The notes under the pieces: generated by a model
What the model saw: the letters and a program-made list of their open reading frames with translations, nothing else
Databases searched by the model: none
What the model was told of the DNA's origin: nothing
Assembly: GCA_964513645.1 (NCBI GenBank)
Contig: CAZENF010000001.1
Location: 135,303 to 199,302, forward strand
Length of the DNA stretch: 64,000 nt
Origin: an uncultured Candidatus Saccharibacteria bacterium
GTDB lineage: Bacteria; Patescibacteriota; Minisyncoccia; 2-02-FULL-40-12; GWA2-44-9
Direction: 5' to 3'
Shown: in pieces, positions 28,139 through 37,788 of the stretch
Position numbering within the stretch: the first letter of the stretch is position 1
Layout: each line of letters starts with the position of its first letter
Translations under genes and position numbers: made by a program

Positions 28139-28208
28139 AATACCAAATCCTAAACATTCGGATTTTGAAACTGTTTAGTATTTCGGATTTCGGATTTAGG
28201 ATTTTCTG
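28139..28208. repeat. Short tandem repeats (TTCGGATTT / GGATTT units)
   Basis: …cggattttgaaactgtttagtatttcggatttcggatttaggatttt… in an intergenic region. Confidence 0.6.
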
Positions 28209-28209
28209 A

Positions 28210-29247
28210 CTATGCCTTTCTTAAGGCATATGTTCCGTCTTCACGTTTTGAAAAAACTTTCGAATCCTGAAGATTAAGCAAAATAGTGTTCTCTTTGACC
28301 ATGCGGGTATCCAGAACTTTCGCAATCAAGTCGGCTTTGGCCAATGGCTTTGAAGATTTTTTAATTATACCGACGAGGACTTCCTTGACCGTACCCGGCT
28401 GATAGCCCCATTCGGACAATCCGTACATACCGCGCCCAACAAGGACAAAACGATTATCTTTGATAAGTTCGTTGTGAACTGTCTGAATATTGGCTTTCTT
28501 GGCTGAAAATCCTGTCACATTTATAAGTTTAGCAATCTCCGTAAAATGTTTCGGCTGTTTTTCTTTCTTAAGGACCAGATAAGCTTTGTCTCGAACACCT
28601 TTAGGTTTGACTTCGGCCCATTTCAAAAGACCGACTTCTCCGAAAACATTCTTACCAAGCTCTTTGCTGATACCCATCAAAGACATGGTGTCTTTGGAAC
28701 CGTCGGAATTATTTGCTTGGATAAACGAAGCAAGTTCAGCTTCGGAAACAGATCTTGAGTTCTTTTCAAAAGCACGAACCAAGGAGACCATACCGTTCTT
28801 GAAAGATTCGGCAGAATTTTTGTCCGTTGCCCAGAAAGAATGATGAAGTTCGTTATCACCCAATCTGACCGGTTCACCACTTAGAGTGAGGACAAAAACG
28901 AGAGAAGCGTTAACAACATTGTCTTTTTCGTTGCCGCTGAAAGCTTTGAAGAGTTCGCTTTCTTTCATGACACCACCATGGTCAGTAAGTATCTCTTTGG
29001 CCAATGAGACATATTTGGTCATTTCAGGCAAAGAGTTCGCCACTTTGGATAGTTGGGCAACCGAGAATTCTTCTATTTGTCTGACTCTTTCTCGGGTAAT
29101 CCCATAACTCTGGCCGATTGATTCGAGAGTTTCTTTTTTGCCTGTTTTCAAGCCAAAACGCCTGGAAATTATGTCCTTGTTACGGGTAGATACGTTCTTC
29201 AGTAACGAAGCTACTGTCTTAGTTATTGCTGATGTTTGGCTTGCCAT
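28210..29247 (-). CDS. Protein with an N-terminal sigma-70 region-4-like HTH
   Basis: ISRRFGLKTGKKETLESIGQSYGITRERVRQIEEFSVAQL is a region-4 signature. The remaining ~270 aa are unassigned. Confidence 0.55.
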   Translation of the reverse strand: MASQTSAITKTVASLLKNVSTRNKDIISRRFGLKTGKKETLESIGQSYGITRERVRQIEEFSVAQLSKVANSLPEMTKYVSLAKEILTDHGGVMKESELFKAFSGNEKDNVVNASLVFVLTLSGEPVRLGDNELHHSFWATDKNSAESFKNGMVSLVRAFEKNSRSVSEAELASFIQANNSDGSKDTMSLMGISKELGKNVFGEVGLLKWAEVKPKGVRDKAYLVLKKEKQPKHFTEIAKLINVTGFSAKKANIQTVHNELIKDNRFVLVGRGMYGLSEWGYQPGTVKEVLVGIIKKSSKPLAKADLIAKVLDTRMVKENTILLNLQDSKVFSKREDGTYALRKA

Positions 29248-29327
29248 TATTTATAGCTATTATATCCTCCTATACAATAGCATTAATGTTAATTGGGGTC
29301 AAGTGTTGATAATTTATAAGGGTTACT

Positions 29328-30245
29328 TTAGCGCTTACTTCTGTCACTATGGCCTTTTGAGAACATCTGAGACCACCAGACCAGTATCGGGGAGGCCACG
29401 AATATGGATGAATAAGCTCCTAAGAAAATACCGATTATAAGGGCCAAAGTGAAATATTTTAAGCTGTCGCCGCCAAATAAGTATATTGCTATCAATGACA
29501 ACAGGACGGTGAAGGTCGTATTTAATGACCGGGTCAGGGTTTGCAGAATACTCTGGTGGACTATCGTTCCGAAACCGTCTCTCGCTCTTGTTCTTATAAC
29601 ATTTTCCCTTACCCTGTCAAATATGACTACTGTATCTGAAACAGAATATCCAAGGATTGTCAACAGAGCGGCAACAAAAACCGCTCCGATCTCAACATGG
29701 TAGTAGCGGCCGAGGAGAGAAAATACGCCAACCGGAATTACGATATCGTGGAACAAAGCCGCGATCGCCGCCATACCCATCGCCCACGGTGAAAGGACCA
29801 GGGCCATTTTCCTGAAGACAAAAGCAATGTAAACCATTACCAAAAGAAGGACTAAAATTATCGCAGTGATGCTGTTTGACTTAAGTTCCTGGCCGATTAC
29901 CGGCCCGATCGAATTAAACTGTTTCTCGGTAATATTGGCCGAAACAAAATCGGATTTAAGGGTTGCTAAAACTTTCTGATGGATATCTTCTTGAAGTTCT
30001 CCTGATTTAATGATCAGTCCGTTGTCGCCGACAAGGGTGAATTCGAATTCGGTCGTTCCGAATTTACCGTCAAGAGATTTGTGAAGCTGGTCAACAGACG
30101 GACGACCGCCGGGAAAATCAAGTTCGAGACTTGAACCGCCTTTAAAATCAACGCCCAAATTAAGACCCCAGGTCAAAAAAGCGATTAGAGCCGCGATGGT
30201 CAGCGTTGCCGAGAAAAAAAACATAAATATGTAAGTCTTCCTCAT
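29328..30245 (-). CDS. secF: Protein-export membrane protein SecF
   Basis: SecD/SecF family TM architecture. It is adjacent to secD. Confidence 0.9.
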   Translation of the reverse strand: MRKTYIFMFFFSATLTIAALIAFLTWGLNLGVDFKGGSSLELDFPGGRPSVDQLHKSLDGKFGTTEFEFTLVGDNGLIIKSGELQEDIHQKVLATLKSDFVSANITEKQFNSIGPVIGQELKSNSITAIILVLLLVMVYIAFVFRKMALVLSPWAMGMAAIAALFHDIVIPVGVFSLLGRYYHVEIGAVFVAALLTILGYSVSDTVVIFDRVRENVIRTRARDGFGTIVHQSILQTLTRSLNTTFTVLLSLIAIYLFGGDSLKYFTLALIIGIFLGAYSSIFVASPILVWWSQMFSKGHSDRSKR

Positions 30246-30254
30246 AATGTAAAT

Positions 30255-31628
30255 TTATCTAAATAGCCACTTTTTACTTTCAAACCATTGTCCTGTGAAA
30301 AGGACAAGAAAAGCCCGGGTCACGGAAATAGCGGTGAACAAACTGGTCAGAACTCCAATACCAAGCGTTAAAGCAAAACCTTTCACGATCGAGGTCGTGA
30401 AAGCATAAAGCACTATCGCGCCGATAAGAGTTGTAACGTGGCTGTCGCGGATGGATAACCAGGCCCGCGAAAAACCTTCTTTAGTCGAACCAGTCAAACC
30501 CTTACCTGCGGCAAGCTCTTCTTTCATTCTGGCAAAAATAAGAATGTTGGCATCCACGGCCATACCCAAAGACAGTATGAAACCTGCGATACCGGCCAAA
30601 GATAATGTCACAGGAATAACTTTATAGACCGACAAAACAATCAGGACGTAGATTATCAAAGCAACCACCGAAATAATTCCAGGCAGCCGGTAAAAAACTA
30701 TCATGAAAAGTCCGACGAGGATCAGGCCGTAAATTCCGGCTTTCAAACTTTTAGCAAGTGATTCCTGCCCGAGAGAAGCACCTATCGTCTGCTGTGAAAT
30801 GAGTTTTATCGGCACGGGTAAGGCGCCGGAATTCAAACGGGTTGAAAGAAGTTTGGCCTCATCCGGGGTAAATTTTCCTGAAATAACGGCATTGCCGGAA
30901 GTGATGACGCTTTGGACGGTCGGGACACTTATCGGCACCCCGTCCAAATATATCGCAACCGGTTTGCCAAGGTTTCTCTTGGTAATATCGGCGAAAAGTT
31001 TTGCTCCTTCATCGTTAAGCTGCAAACTGACCTGCGGCTCACCCGTCTTAGGGTCAAAAATAAGTTCGGCTTTTTTAAGATGTTTCCCATTCAGACCTGT
31101 TGAAACAAAAACCTGGTCGTTAAGCTGAAGCTGGTCAAGTTGGGTCGCCTTCCCGGCGGCCTGTTTTTTATTGAAATCGTCTATCAACTGCTGGGCATTC
31201 GGAGCCTGCTCTTTGAACTCGAGAAAGGGCGTCTCACCTATTAATTTTATTGCCTGATTAACATCACTCACTCCGGCTAATTCAACTATCAGACGATCTT
31301 TGCCGGAAACCTGAACCAAAGGTTCAGAAACTCCGAAGTAATTTACCCTCCGCTCAATGACATCCCTAATACCTTGCATCGCATCGGCCTGGTTGGCTGA
31401 ATCAACCTTTGAAAGATCGGCTTGGTATAAAAGATGTGTCCCGCCTAAGAGGTCGAGGCCCAAAACGAAAGGTTTGTTATAAAAATGAGGTAATTTAAAA
31501 TGAGCCAATTTTGATAGCCGGTTATTGAATACATCCGCGCCCTTATTGACCGCCTGCGGCCAAACAAAAGCGAACAAAAAAACAGAAACGAGAAGAATGG
31601 CAATTAAGAAATAGGTATTTTTATTCAT
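30255..31628 (-). CDS. secD: Protein-export membrane protein SecD
   Basis: Periplasmic domain plus a C-terminal 6-TM RND-like domain. It sits immediately upstream of secF. Confidence 0.9.
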   Translation of the reverse strand: MNKNTYFLIAILLVSVFLFAFVWPQAVNKGADVFNNRLSKLAHFKLPHFYNKPFVLGLDLLGGTHLLYQADLSKVDSANQADAMQGIRDVIERRVNYFGVSEPLVQVSGKDRLIVELAGVSDVNQAIKLIGETPFLEFKEQAPNAQQLIDDFNKKQAAGKATQLDQLQLNDQVFVSTGLNGKHLKKAELIFDPKTGEPQVSLQLNDEGAKLFADITKRNLGKPVAIYLDGVPISVPTVQSVITSGNAVISGKFTPDEAKLLSTRLNSGALPVPIKLISQQTIGASLGQESLAKSLKAGIYGLILVGLFMIVFYRLPGIISVVALIIYVLIVLSVYKVIPVTLSLAGIAGFILSLGMAVDANILIFARMKEELAAGKGLTGSTKEGFSRAWLSIRDSHVTTLIGAIVLYAFTTSIVKGFALTLGIGVLTSLFTAISVTRAFLVLFTGQWFESKKWLFR

Positions 31629-31707
31629 TCGAGGATTGCTCTCAAAAATACTTTGAGAATTAAAACATAATCAAAAATAAAAAGCAAGAACATAATAAAA
31701 ATAAAAA

Positions 31708-31755
31708 GCTCCGGCAGGGATCAGTGTGGAATTTCCACACGGATCCAACCGGAGC
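31708..31755 (-). terminator. Compound hairpin terminator containing the perfect palindrome GTGTGGAATTTCCACAC
   Basis: Outer stem GCTCCGG/CCGGAGC around a 17-bp palindrome. The minus strand is followed by a T-rich tract. Confidence 0.45.
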
Positions 31756-31763
31756 GGACTGAA

Positions 31764-32470
31764 CTACTTCCGAGGCCTGACCGCCGGTGCCGGAAGTTCG
31801 AGCCAATTTAACAGAACTCCTGGATCACCTTTCTTGACGTCCTGCCAGACACGAGATTTCGTGTCCTGGAGTTCGTCGAGCTTGTCCTCGAAACAGTTGC
31901 GAAGAGCTCGCTGTGCGGCGACCTTCTTCTCTGTCGAAAATCTCCGCGTCATCAGAGTCGCAACCGGTGCCAAGGTGTCGATCGGCGCGCTCGTGATACC
32001 CGGATAATTGACCTTGGATTTTCGGTAGACATTCCCGACCTTGGTCGCCACCGGATCGTATATCGGCAGAAGCTTGTAATTGCCCTTGTTCGGCAAACCA
32101 GCGATATTCGGCAATGGCTGCGCGCCGACGAATACTGCCGCGGCAACATCACCATTGTCCAAAGCAGGAATGACTTCTTTGCCACTATTGTAAGAAGTGA
32201 CAATCACCCCCGCATCGCCTGTACCGTTCAGAACTTGAAGCGTCAGAACTCCGCCGCCGGCTGCGCCGACCACCGGTCGTCCTGCCACACCTCCCTGTTC
32301 AAGGAAAATGTAATAGAACGCTCAATACCCTCCGCTACAGTAACCGCATAGCGGCGTCGGCCAGAGGTGATGTTTGTCACCTTTGCCACGATAAACGTGG
32401 CGGGCGGGACGTATCCGTTCTTCACGGACTCCCCTCCTTTCTGGTCTGGCCTGTTCCAAACACAACTCAC
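31764..32470 (-). pseudogene. High-GC, frameshifted remnant of a periplasmic solute-binding protein
   Basis: Two overlapping frames (32243-32470 and 31764-32288) together read like one solute-binding-type protein. The GC content is far above that of the flanks. Confidence 0.4.
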
Positions 32471-32740
32471 CTTTCAGCAACCTCCTTTCATGACAGTTGT
32501 TAACGAGCTTTGACTAAACGGCAATATATTAACACTAAAAATTAATTGAGTCAAATGAAATTTAAAACTCCGCCTTAGCGGAGTTTTGGAATAGAATATC
32601 ATTTTTTAGAGTTGTCAGAGAACGGCCAACAGTTAAGCTATGGCAAGATAATAATACATTAAATGACAATTGTCAATAACCCGGACCCAATTAAAAAGAC
32701 CGTGTTGTCCGGTCTTTTTAATTTAAAATTTTCGCAATAT

Positions 32741-34369
32741 TTATCTTGCAACAACCATCGGATGACTGCCGATAATAAAGTTAACGATAGCCGCCCCGAG
32801 ACGAAGGAAAGGGTTGGATGAGGTCGGTGATGGAGGTGGAGGCAATGGAGGCTTAGGCGGCGGAGTTCCAGTAAAAGTACCGGGGCCTTCCTGGTGAGGC
32901 ATATTTGTTCCCGGACTGACCGAAGGTCTGACACAGGTGTGATTATCCGAATTCCACTGGCCGCCTAACTGGACGCATTTATCCGCATAACTTGAACACT
33001 GGCTGCCGTCCCAATAGTAGTACGGCTGACAGGCAGGCCTTGTCGGCATAGCTTCTCCGGGACTGGTTCCAGGCATTCCATGTTCCGACATCCCCTGCCC
33101 GGGCATCGGTGAACCGTTCAGACCTTGAGATTGTTCAAAACATTTTTTAACAACGGCTATCACATCGGGACTCAAATCCTTTGTATTCGGCGGAGTGTCT
33201 CCCGAGAAAAAGCTATAATTAGTCTCGCTCAAGTTTTCTTTAAGACATGAGAGTATCTGGGGCGGGAGTTTCATCGGATGAGGCGAACCCTGCGGATTAC
33301 CCTGGCCATTGGTCTGACCACCGCTCTGGCCTTGGAAACATTCTTTGGCTTTAGAGGTTGTCGTGCCGCTGGGCAGCAATTGACCGTTCTCAAGTTTGGT
33401 GATCGTGTCATCGCCAAGTTTCTGTTTTAAGCAGTTGAGAGTTTGGGGTGGCAAGTTTTGAAGTTTTTGTTTGACCTGGTCTGAATTTGATTTTATATCT
33501 TCGATAGTTTTCTTCGGAATAAGATTGTGTTCCTGGGCGAACTTGAGACAGGTATCGTGATTGGCGGCATCGTTGCAAAAAGCCGAGCACTCTTCTCTGC
33601 TCTTACACCCGCCCGGACCTTCACCTTTTGTTTCCTTAAAATCTCCGGCCTGATCTTTGGTCACAACTCCGAGCTTAAGTAAGAAATCAGCGCACTCCGT
33701 CGAATGAGAAGAATCGGAACAATATTGATGGCAATCTTGAGTTGTTTTGCACCCTCCGGGTGTCTGGCCGGACTGAACCAGTGAAAGAAATTTGGCTACC
33801 TTATCCGACTGGTCTTTGGGAATTAAATTATGTTCCTTTGCAAAAGAAAGGCATTCGTCCTGATGAGACGGGTCAGAACAGTATTGCCGACAAGTATCTT
33901 TACTTGAACAGCCGCCAGGACCGGTAGTCTCTTGTAAGGTGGAGTTAATTTTTGAATCAGCACTCGGAGTCTGTGGGGGTTTGGTCAGACCGTGAGCTTG
34001 GGCAAAGGTCTTACATTCTGATTGATTGTCAGGATTCTGGCAGTAAGTCCGACAGGAATCAAAACTGTCACAGCCGCCGGGACCGCCGCCGTTTTTTATG
34101 GCTTGAGCAAGATTACTAGCAGTTCCGCTATCACCGTTATTCGTTTTGGGAGTTAAATTGTGAGCCTGGGCAAAGGCCTGACAGGCAGGAATATTGTTAG
34201 GATCGTTGCAATACTGCCGGCAGGAATCCTTATCCTGACAATTTCCAAGCTCGGCTATCGGAAAAGTAATATTGGCGGTGGTCGCGGCAAAGACCACAAC
34301 CGCGAACAAGCCGCTTATGACCGAGGTAGCGATGATGAGTTTCTTATTCAAATGGGTTTTGATAAGCAT
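32741..34369 (-). CDS. Secreted/anchored protein with five ~52-aa Cys repeats (C-x5-C-x3-C-x8-C) and a Pro-rich C-terminus
   Basis: N-terminal TM/signal. Repeated PGGC(x)5C(x)3C(x)8C…FAQ(A/E)HNL units. A PPLPPPPSP tail. Confidence 0.6.
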   Translation of the reverse strand: MLIKTHLNKKLIIATSVISGLFAVVVFAATTANITFPIAELGNCQDKDSCRQYCNDPNNIPACQAFAQAHNLTPKTNNGDSGTASNLAQAIKNGGGPGGCDSFDSCRTYCQNPDNQSECKTFAQAHGLTKPPQTPSADSKINSTLQETTGPGGCSSKDTCRQYCSDPSHQDECLSFAKEHNLIPKDQSDKVAKFLSLVQSGQTPGGCKTTQDCHQYCSDSSHSTECADFLLKLGVVTKDQAGDFKETKGEGPGGCKSREECSAFCNDAANHDTCLKFAQEHNLIPKKTIEDIKSNSDQVKQKLQNLPPQTLNCLKQKLGDDTITKLENGQLLPSGTTTSKAKECFQGQSGGQTNGQGNPQGSPHPMKLPPQILSCLKENLSETNYSFFSGDTPPNTKDLSPDVIAVVKKCFEQSQGLNGSPMPGQGMSEHGMPGTSPGEAMPTRPACQPYYYWDGSQCSSYADKCVQLGGQWNSDNHTCVRPSVSPGTNMPHQEGPGTFTGTPPPKPPLPPPPSPTSSNPFLRLGAAIVNFIIGSHPMVVAR

Positions 34370-34631
34370 CTGAAATAGGGTTCGTTGACGTATTGAAAGG
34401 ATTGGTCTGGGGAATACTATTGGTCGGGGAAGAGGCCTTGTCGTAAATATCGGCCCCTACGCCTGAATTCACGGATTGGGGCAAAGGGGTCGCCTGGGAC
34501 ACGGTAGAAACAACAGGTTGTGCGGTTTTTAAAACGCCGGCTTCAAAACGGATATAAACAACTATTACAAGCAGCACGGCAAAAACGCTTAGGGCAATAA
34601 TGAATTGATTTTTCTCCGAGATCGGGGGCAT
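34344..34631 (-). CDS. Small membrane-anchored protein
   Basis: 95 aa with an N-terminal TM helix and an S/T/N/P-rich C-terminus. Confidence 0.35.
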   Translation of the reverse strand: MPPISEKNQFIIALSVFAVLLVIVVYIRFEAGVLKTAQPVVSTVSQATPLPQSVNSGVGADIYDKASSPTNSIPQTNPFNTSTNPISDAYQNPFE

Positions 34632-34683
34632 CAGTTACTATTATAACTCCCCGATGAACAACAGAAAAGAATATCTGTTGATA

Positions 34684-36186
34684 TTATCCGTCTAAACTTT
34701 CTTTTTCCCTGCCTTTAGCGGGCTTTTGATGTTCGAGCCATTCCTTTATAAGCATTGTTGCCCTGACATCATCTTCATTATACTTAAGTATTTTTTTCAT
34801 TATCGAGTCATCTTTTTTCTCAAGCCATTCATTATACCAGACGACCGATTCTGCTCCACCGGCTTCAGGGTCATTCCATTTGTAGCCGAGATACCCGGCT
34901 ACATCTTTTAAGCTGTAAAAATATAAAGGCAAGACGGCAGAATCAACTACTTGAGCATGAAGATCGATGGTATTGTCATGAAATTTATCCATTAAGGATG
35001 CCGGCGCACCATAACGGAGCGACAAGCGGTCAAAAACCTGCCTTTCATAATAGGCATAGTGGTAGATGACAAAATCATCAAGTCCGGCCAGGAAATCAAG
35101 AAATTTTTGCCATATTTTTTCCTCGTCTTTTTTTTCATTCGCTAGCAAATATTCATACTTTGCCTGACCACCGGTTTTAACAAGATAGCCCAACAGATAA
35201 TCAATATCGCGGGTTGGATCTGACTCGATATCGAAATATATCTCATGTTTAACCGTTGGCAAAACGCTTTTTCTCAATATCAACGGCTGCTGGGAAAGCA
35301 GGACCCTCGCCTGATTCGACATTCTGATGATTTTATCAAAAGGCCAGTCTTCGAGTTTTGACTGAAGCTCATTCACATCCGAGTTTGCAAGGTCAGAAAC
35401 GGTTTTAATTCCGATGCCATAGAATCTTCTTTGGTCGGCCTGACTTAAACGGTAAATGAGCGAGACATCGTCGCAATCTTTGGCGTCAGAGAAACACAGG
35501 GAATACCATGGGGTTTTTTTACAGGTTGATTTAATGAAAGGCGCCGGTTTTTCCCCGTCGAGGATCTTTTCTATTTGAAGACGGGTCAAATGGAATTGAT
35601 CGATAAAATCATCAACCTTGAACGAACGTTCGTTGCCTTGAGCGTCCATAACATATGCCTCCTTGGGCCTGACCCCCTGAAGACGCTCGAGCATCAAACT
35701 ATAAAAAATAAGTTGGAATTTATATTCGTCCCGCAGATCAAGAGTTGATTGAACATCATAGACAACATAATGCCAGTCACCTAAATTGGACTTACCCGGC
35801 CGGGCTTCCAATAAGTCAGGAATCCCCGCCCAGTCTTCCGACATCAGAACGCCGTGATAAATATTCTTGCCTTGTTTCATCAATTCAAGAGTGGCCAAAA
35901 AACCTTCTTCGAGGTCCTTTAAAAGTTCGGGTTTTATTTCTTCGAATCTTTTATGTTCTCTCAACGAACCGGCCGAATCGGAGGATTTGCCTTTATAGAT
36001 AAGCTCCATTATCGCCGGAGTTTTTTTCCTTTTGGTGGCATCAGCGTAAATGTCGTACCAAATCCAATGCGGGCATTGGAAAAATTTATAAAAATGTTCG
36101 GCGTAGAGTTTGGGCGCAGTTGGCATAATTATATATTGAGGTCTTGTATAACCTGAAAACGCGAAGCCATATCCACGTAGTGACAA
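34684..36186 (-). CDS. RecB-family PD-(D/E)xK nuclease with a C-terminal RNase-H-like domain (COG2251/TM0106-like)
   Basis: N-terminal FQCPHWIWYDIY, a GIPDLLE … YVVYDVQ core, a Cys cluster CKKTPWYSLCFSDAKDC, and a C-terminal YFDIESDP motif. Confidence 0.6.
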   Translation of the reverse strand: MSLRGYGFAFSGYTRPQYIIMPTAPKLYAEHFYKFFQCPHWIWYDIYADATKRKKTPAIMELIYKGKSSDSAGSLREHKRFEEIKPELLKDLEEGFLATLELMKQGKNIYHGVLMSEDWAGIPDLLEARPGKSNLGDWHYVVYDVQSTLDLRDEYKFQLIFYSLMLERLQGVRPKEAYVMDAQGNERSFKVDDFIDQFHLTRLQIEKILDGEKPAPFIKSTCKKTPWYSLCFSDAKDCDDVSLIYRLSQADQRRFYGIGIKTVSDLANSDVNELQSKLEDWPFDKIIRMSNQARVLLSQQPLILRKSVLPTVKHEIYFDIESDPTRDIDYLLGYLVKTGGQAKYEYLLANEKKDEEKIWQKFLDFLAGLDDFVIYHYAYYERQVFDRLSLRYGAPASLMDKFHDNTIDLHAQVVDSAVLPLYFYSLKDVAGYLGYKWNDPEAGGAESVVWYNEWLEKKDDSIMKKILKYNEDDVRATMLIKEWLEHQKPAKGREKESLDG

Positions 36187-36854
36187 TGGTCGCAGTGGCC
36201 CTTTTTTGGTTTGTCGATAGGCGCTTTTTCAGAGCGGGCTATTTCAACCGCTCTGGTAAAAGCTTCGCCGACCCAGTCTGTGTTGACCACGACCGGCCGG
36301 ACATCTTCCTTAAACTTAAGAGCATTGGCAAAACCATCCTCGCCTTCTTTGATGACCTGATAAAAAACAAAGAACGCTTCAGGATAAGTCTGATGCCCTT
36401 TCTGTTTCAGAATATAATTGTAAACTTCCATCTGCCGGCGATAGTCTTCGTAAATGGTAATTTCTTTTGAACCGGAGGATTTGTAATCGATGACCGCCAA
36501 AGAACCGTCATCAAATTCGAGAATATCGTCCACCGCACCGTAAAGTGTTGCGTTCAAATGCTCGTCATAATAAGCTACGCCTTTGAAATTATTCCTCCAT
36601 TCGGATAATTCCGGTCCGGTAAACAACTTAGCGTCCTTGATGCCGAATTTTTTCAAAACCGGCGGCAAAGTGCCTTCATTGCGGTATTTGTCGAATTCTT
36701 TTTTAACCAGGAAATCCACCGCGGCAGATAAAGTATAGGGATAGCCGGGCGGACGTTTTATCTTATGATGGAGGTCAAGCCAAAAACATCTCGGGCATTC
36801 GAGAAAAAGATTAAGCCCGCTCCGTGAAATTTTTATTGTACCTAAATTACTCAC
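36129..36854 (-). CDS. Cas4-like PD-(D/E)xK exonuclease (DUF83 family)
   Basis: LECPRCFWL, AVIDYKSS (DYK) and C-terminal HCDHC. Four Cys suggest an Fe-S cluster. Confidence 0.7.
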   Translation of the reverse strand: MSNLGTIKISRSGLNLFLECPRCFWLDLHHKIKRPPGYPYTLSAAVDFLVKKEFDKYRNEGTLPPVLKKFGIKDAKLFTGPELSEWRNNFKGVAYYDEHLNATLYGAVDDILEFDDGSLAVIDYKSSGSKEITIYEDYRRQMEVYNYILKQKGHQTYPEAFFVFYQVIKEGEDGFANALKFKEDVRPVVVNTDWVGEAFTRAVEIARSEKAPIDKPKKGHCDHCHYVDMASRFQVIQDLNI

Positions 36855-36915
36855 TAAGTTATTCTACACCATTAACATTAAAAAACAAAAACCCGCATTT
36901 AAGCGGGTCTATTAA

Positions 36916-37641
36916 TTACTTCTTCAATCTCTGTCTTAATTTCTGCCAATTACCGTCAAATATTTCATCAGCTAATCCCCAACTGACCGTATCCCGTGGG
37001 CTCAAATAGACGTCTTCTTTTTTATCCATCTGGCTTTGGAGAATTTCTTTTATATATCTCTTGGGCTTTTTTGAATAAATACCCTTTTCCTTCATTCGGC
37101 TTGCATATATCTCGAGCATGTTTGGATTATCCCTTTCCGCCCATTTCATAGTTGAATGGGAAGTTTTCCACGTTCCAGAAACAGCGATCGTACCTTCGTG
37201 AAACATAAAACTGCTGTTGGGCATCATCACACGCTTGTTGGCGGCCTGAAAAATTATTGAGCTCATTGAACGGGCATGAGTATAGTTAAGAATAACGATC
37301 GGATTTTGGGCAAAACGTATCGTATCATATATCGCCATGCCCTCACTCCAATCTCCACCATCCGTTTTCATATGAATAAGGATAGGGCGCTTAGAGTCAA
37401 TATCCGCAAGTATATGCAGATTCTTTATCAAGCGCGCACTCATCTGATATTCGACACCTGGCTCTTCACGATTATCCCATTCGTCATCAGCATCGTATTC
37501 CATTTTTTCCCCGGTCAAATATATCGCAAACTGTCGGACATCAAGATTCCACTCCTGGACTGCGTAGATAGATTCGTGCATTTCTGTGCCGAACATTCGG
37601 GACTTAAACGATTTTCGGCTTTGAGACATTCGGTAACTCAA
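36916..37641 (-). CDS. ClpP-family serine protease with an N-terminal extension
   Basis: ILIHMKTDGGDWSEGMAIYDT … ARSMSS … MFHEG … LSPRDTVSWGLADEI aligns to the ClpP Ser/His/Asp regions. Confidence 0.7.
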   Translation of the reverse strand: MSYRMSQSRKSFKSRMFGTEMHESIYAVQEWNLDVRQFAIYLTGEKMEYDADDEWDNREEPGVEYQMSARLIKNLHILADIDSKRPILIHMKTDGGDWSEGMAIYDTIRFAQNPIVILNYTHARSMSSIIFQAANKRVMMPNSSFMFHEGTIAVSGTWKTSHSTMKWAERDNPNMLEIYASRMKEKGIYSKKPKRYIKEILQSQMDKKEDVYLSPRDTVSWGLADEIFDGNWQKLRQRLKK

Positions 37642-37788
37642 ATTTTAAACGTTCAATTGAGAGATAGGATAACCATATTTCTTACGTATGTCAATGTTAA
37701 ATAGCAAATATAAAATATTTGACTTTTTTACAAAATATTATTAAATTATTAAATCCTCGGGTATCACGCTCTTTTAAAAGGACTTCAG

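Noticed and set aside
28139-28208. Possible CRISPR array (short tandem GGATTT/TTCGGATTT repeats). A similar run occurs at 45440-45508.
   Set aside because: The units are only 6-9 bp with no unique spacers. One run lies inside the secA ORF. The pattern is simple-sequence repeat, not CRISPR.
31726-32007. 93-aa plus-strand ORF in the high-GC patch
   Set aside because: It is antisense to the solute-binding pseudogene. High GC content inflates ORF length, and there is no RBS.
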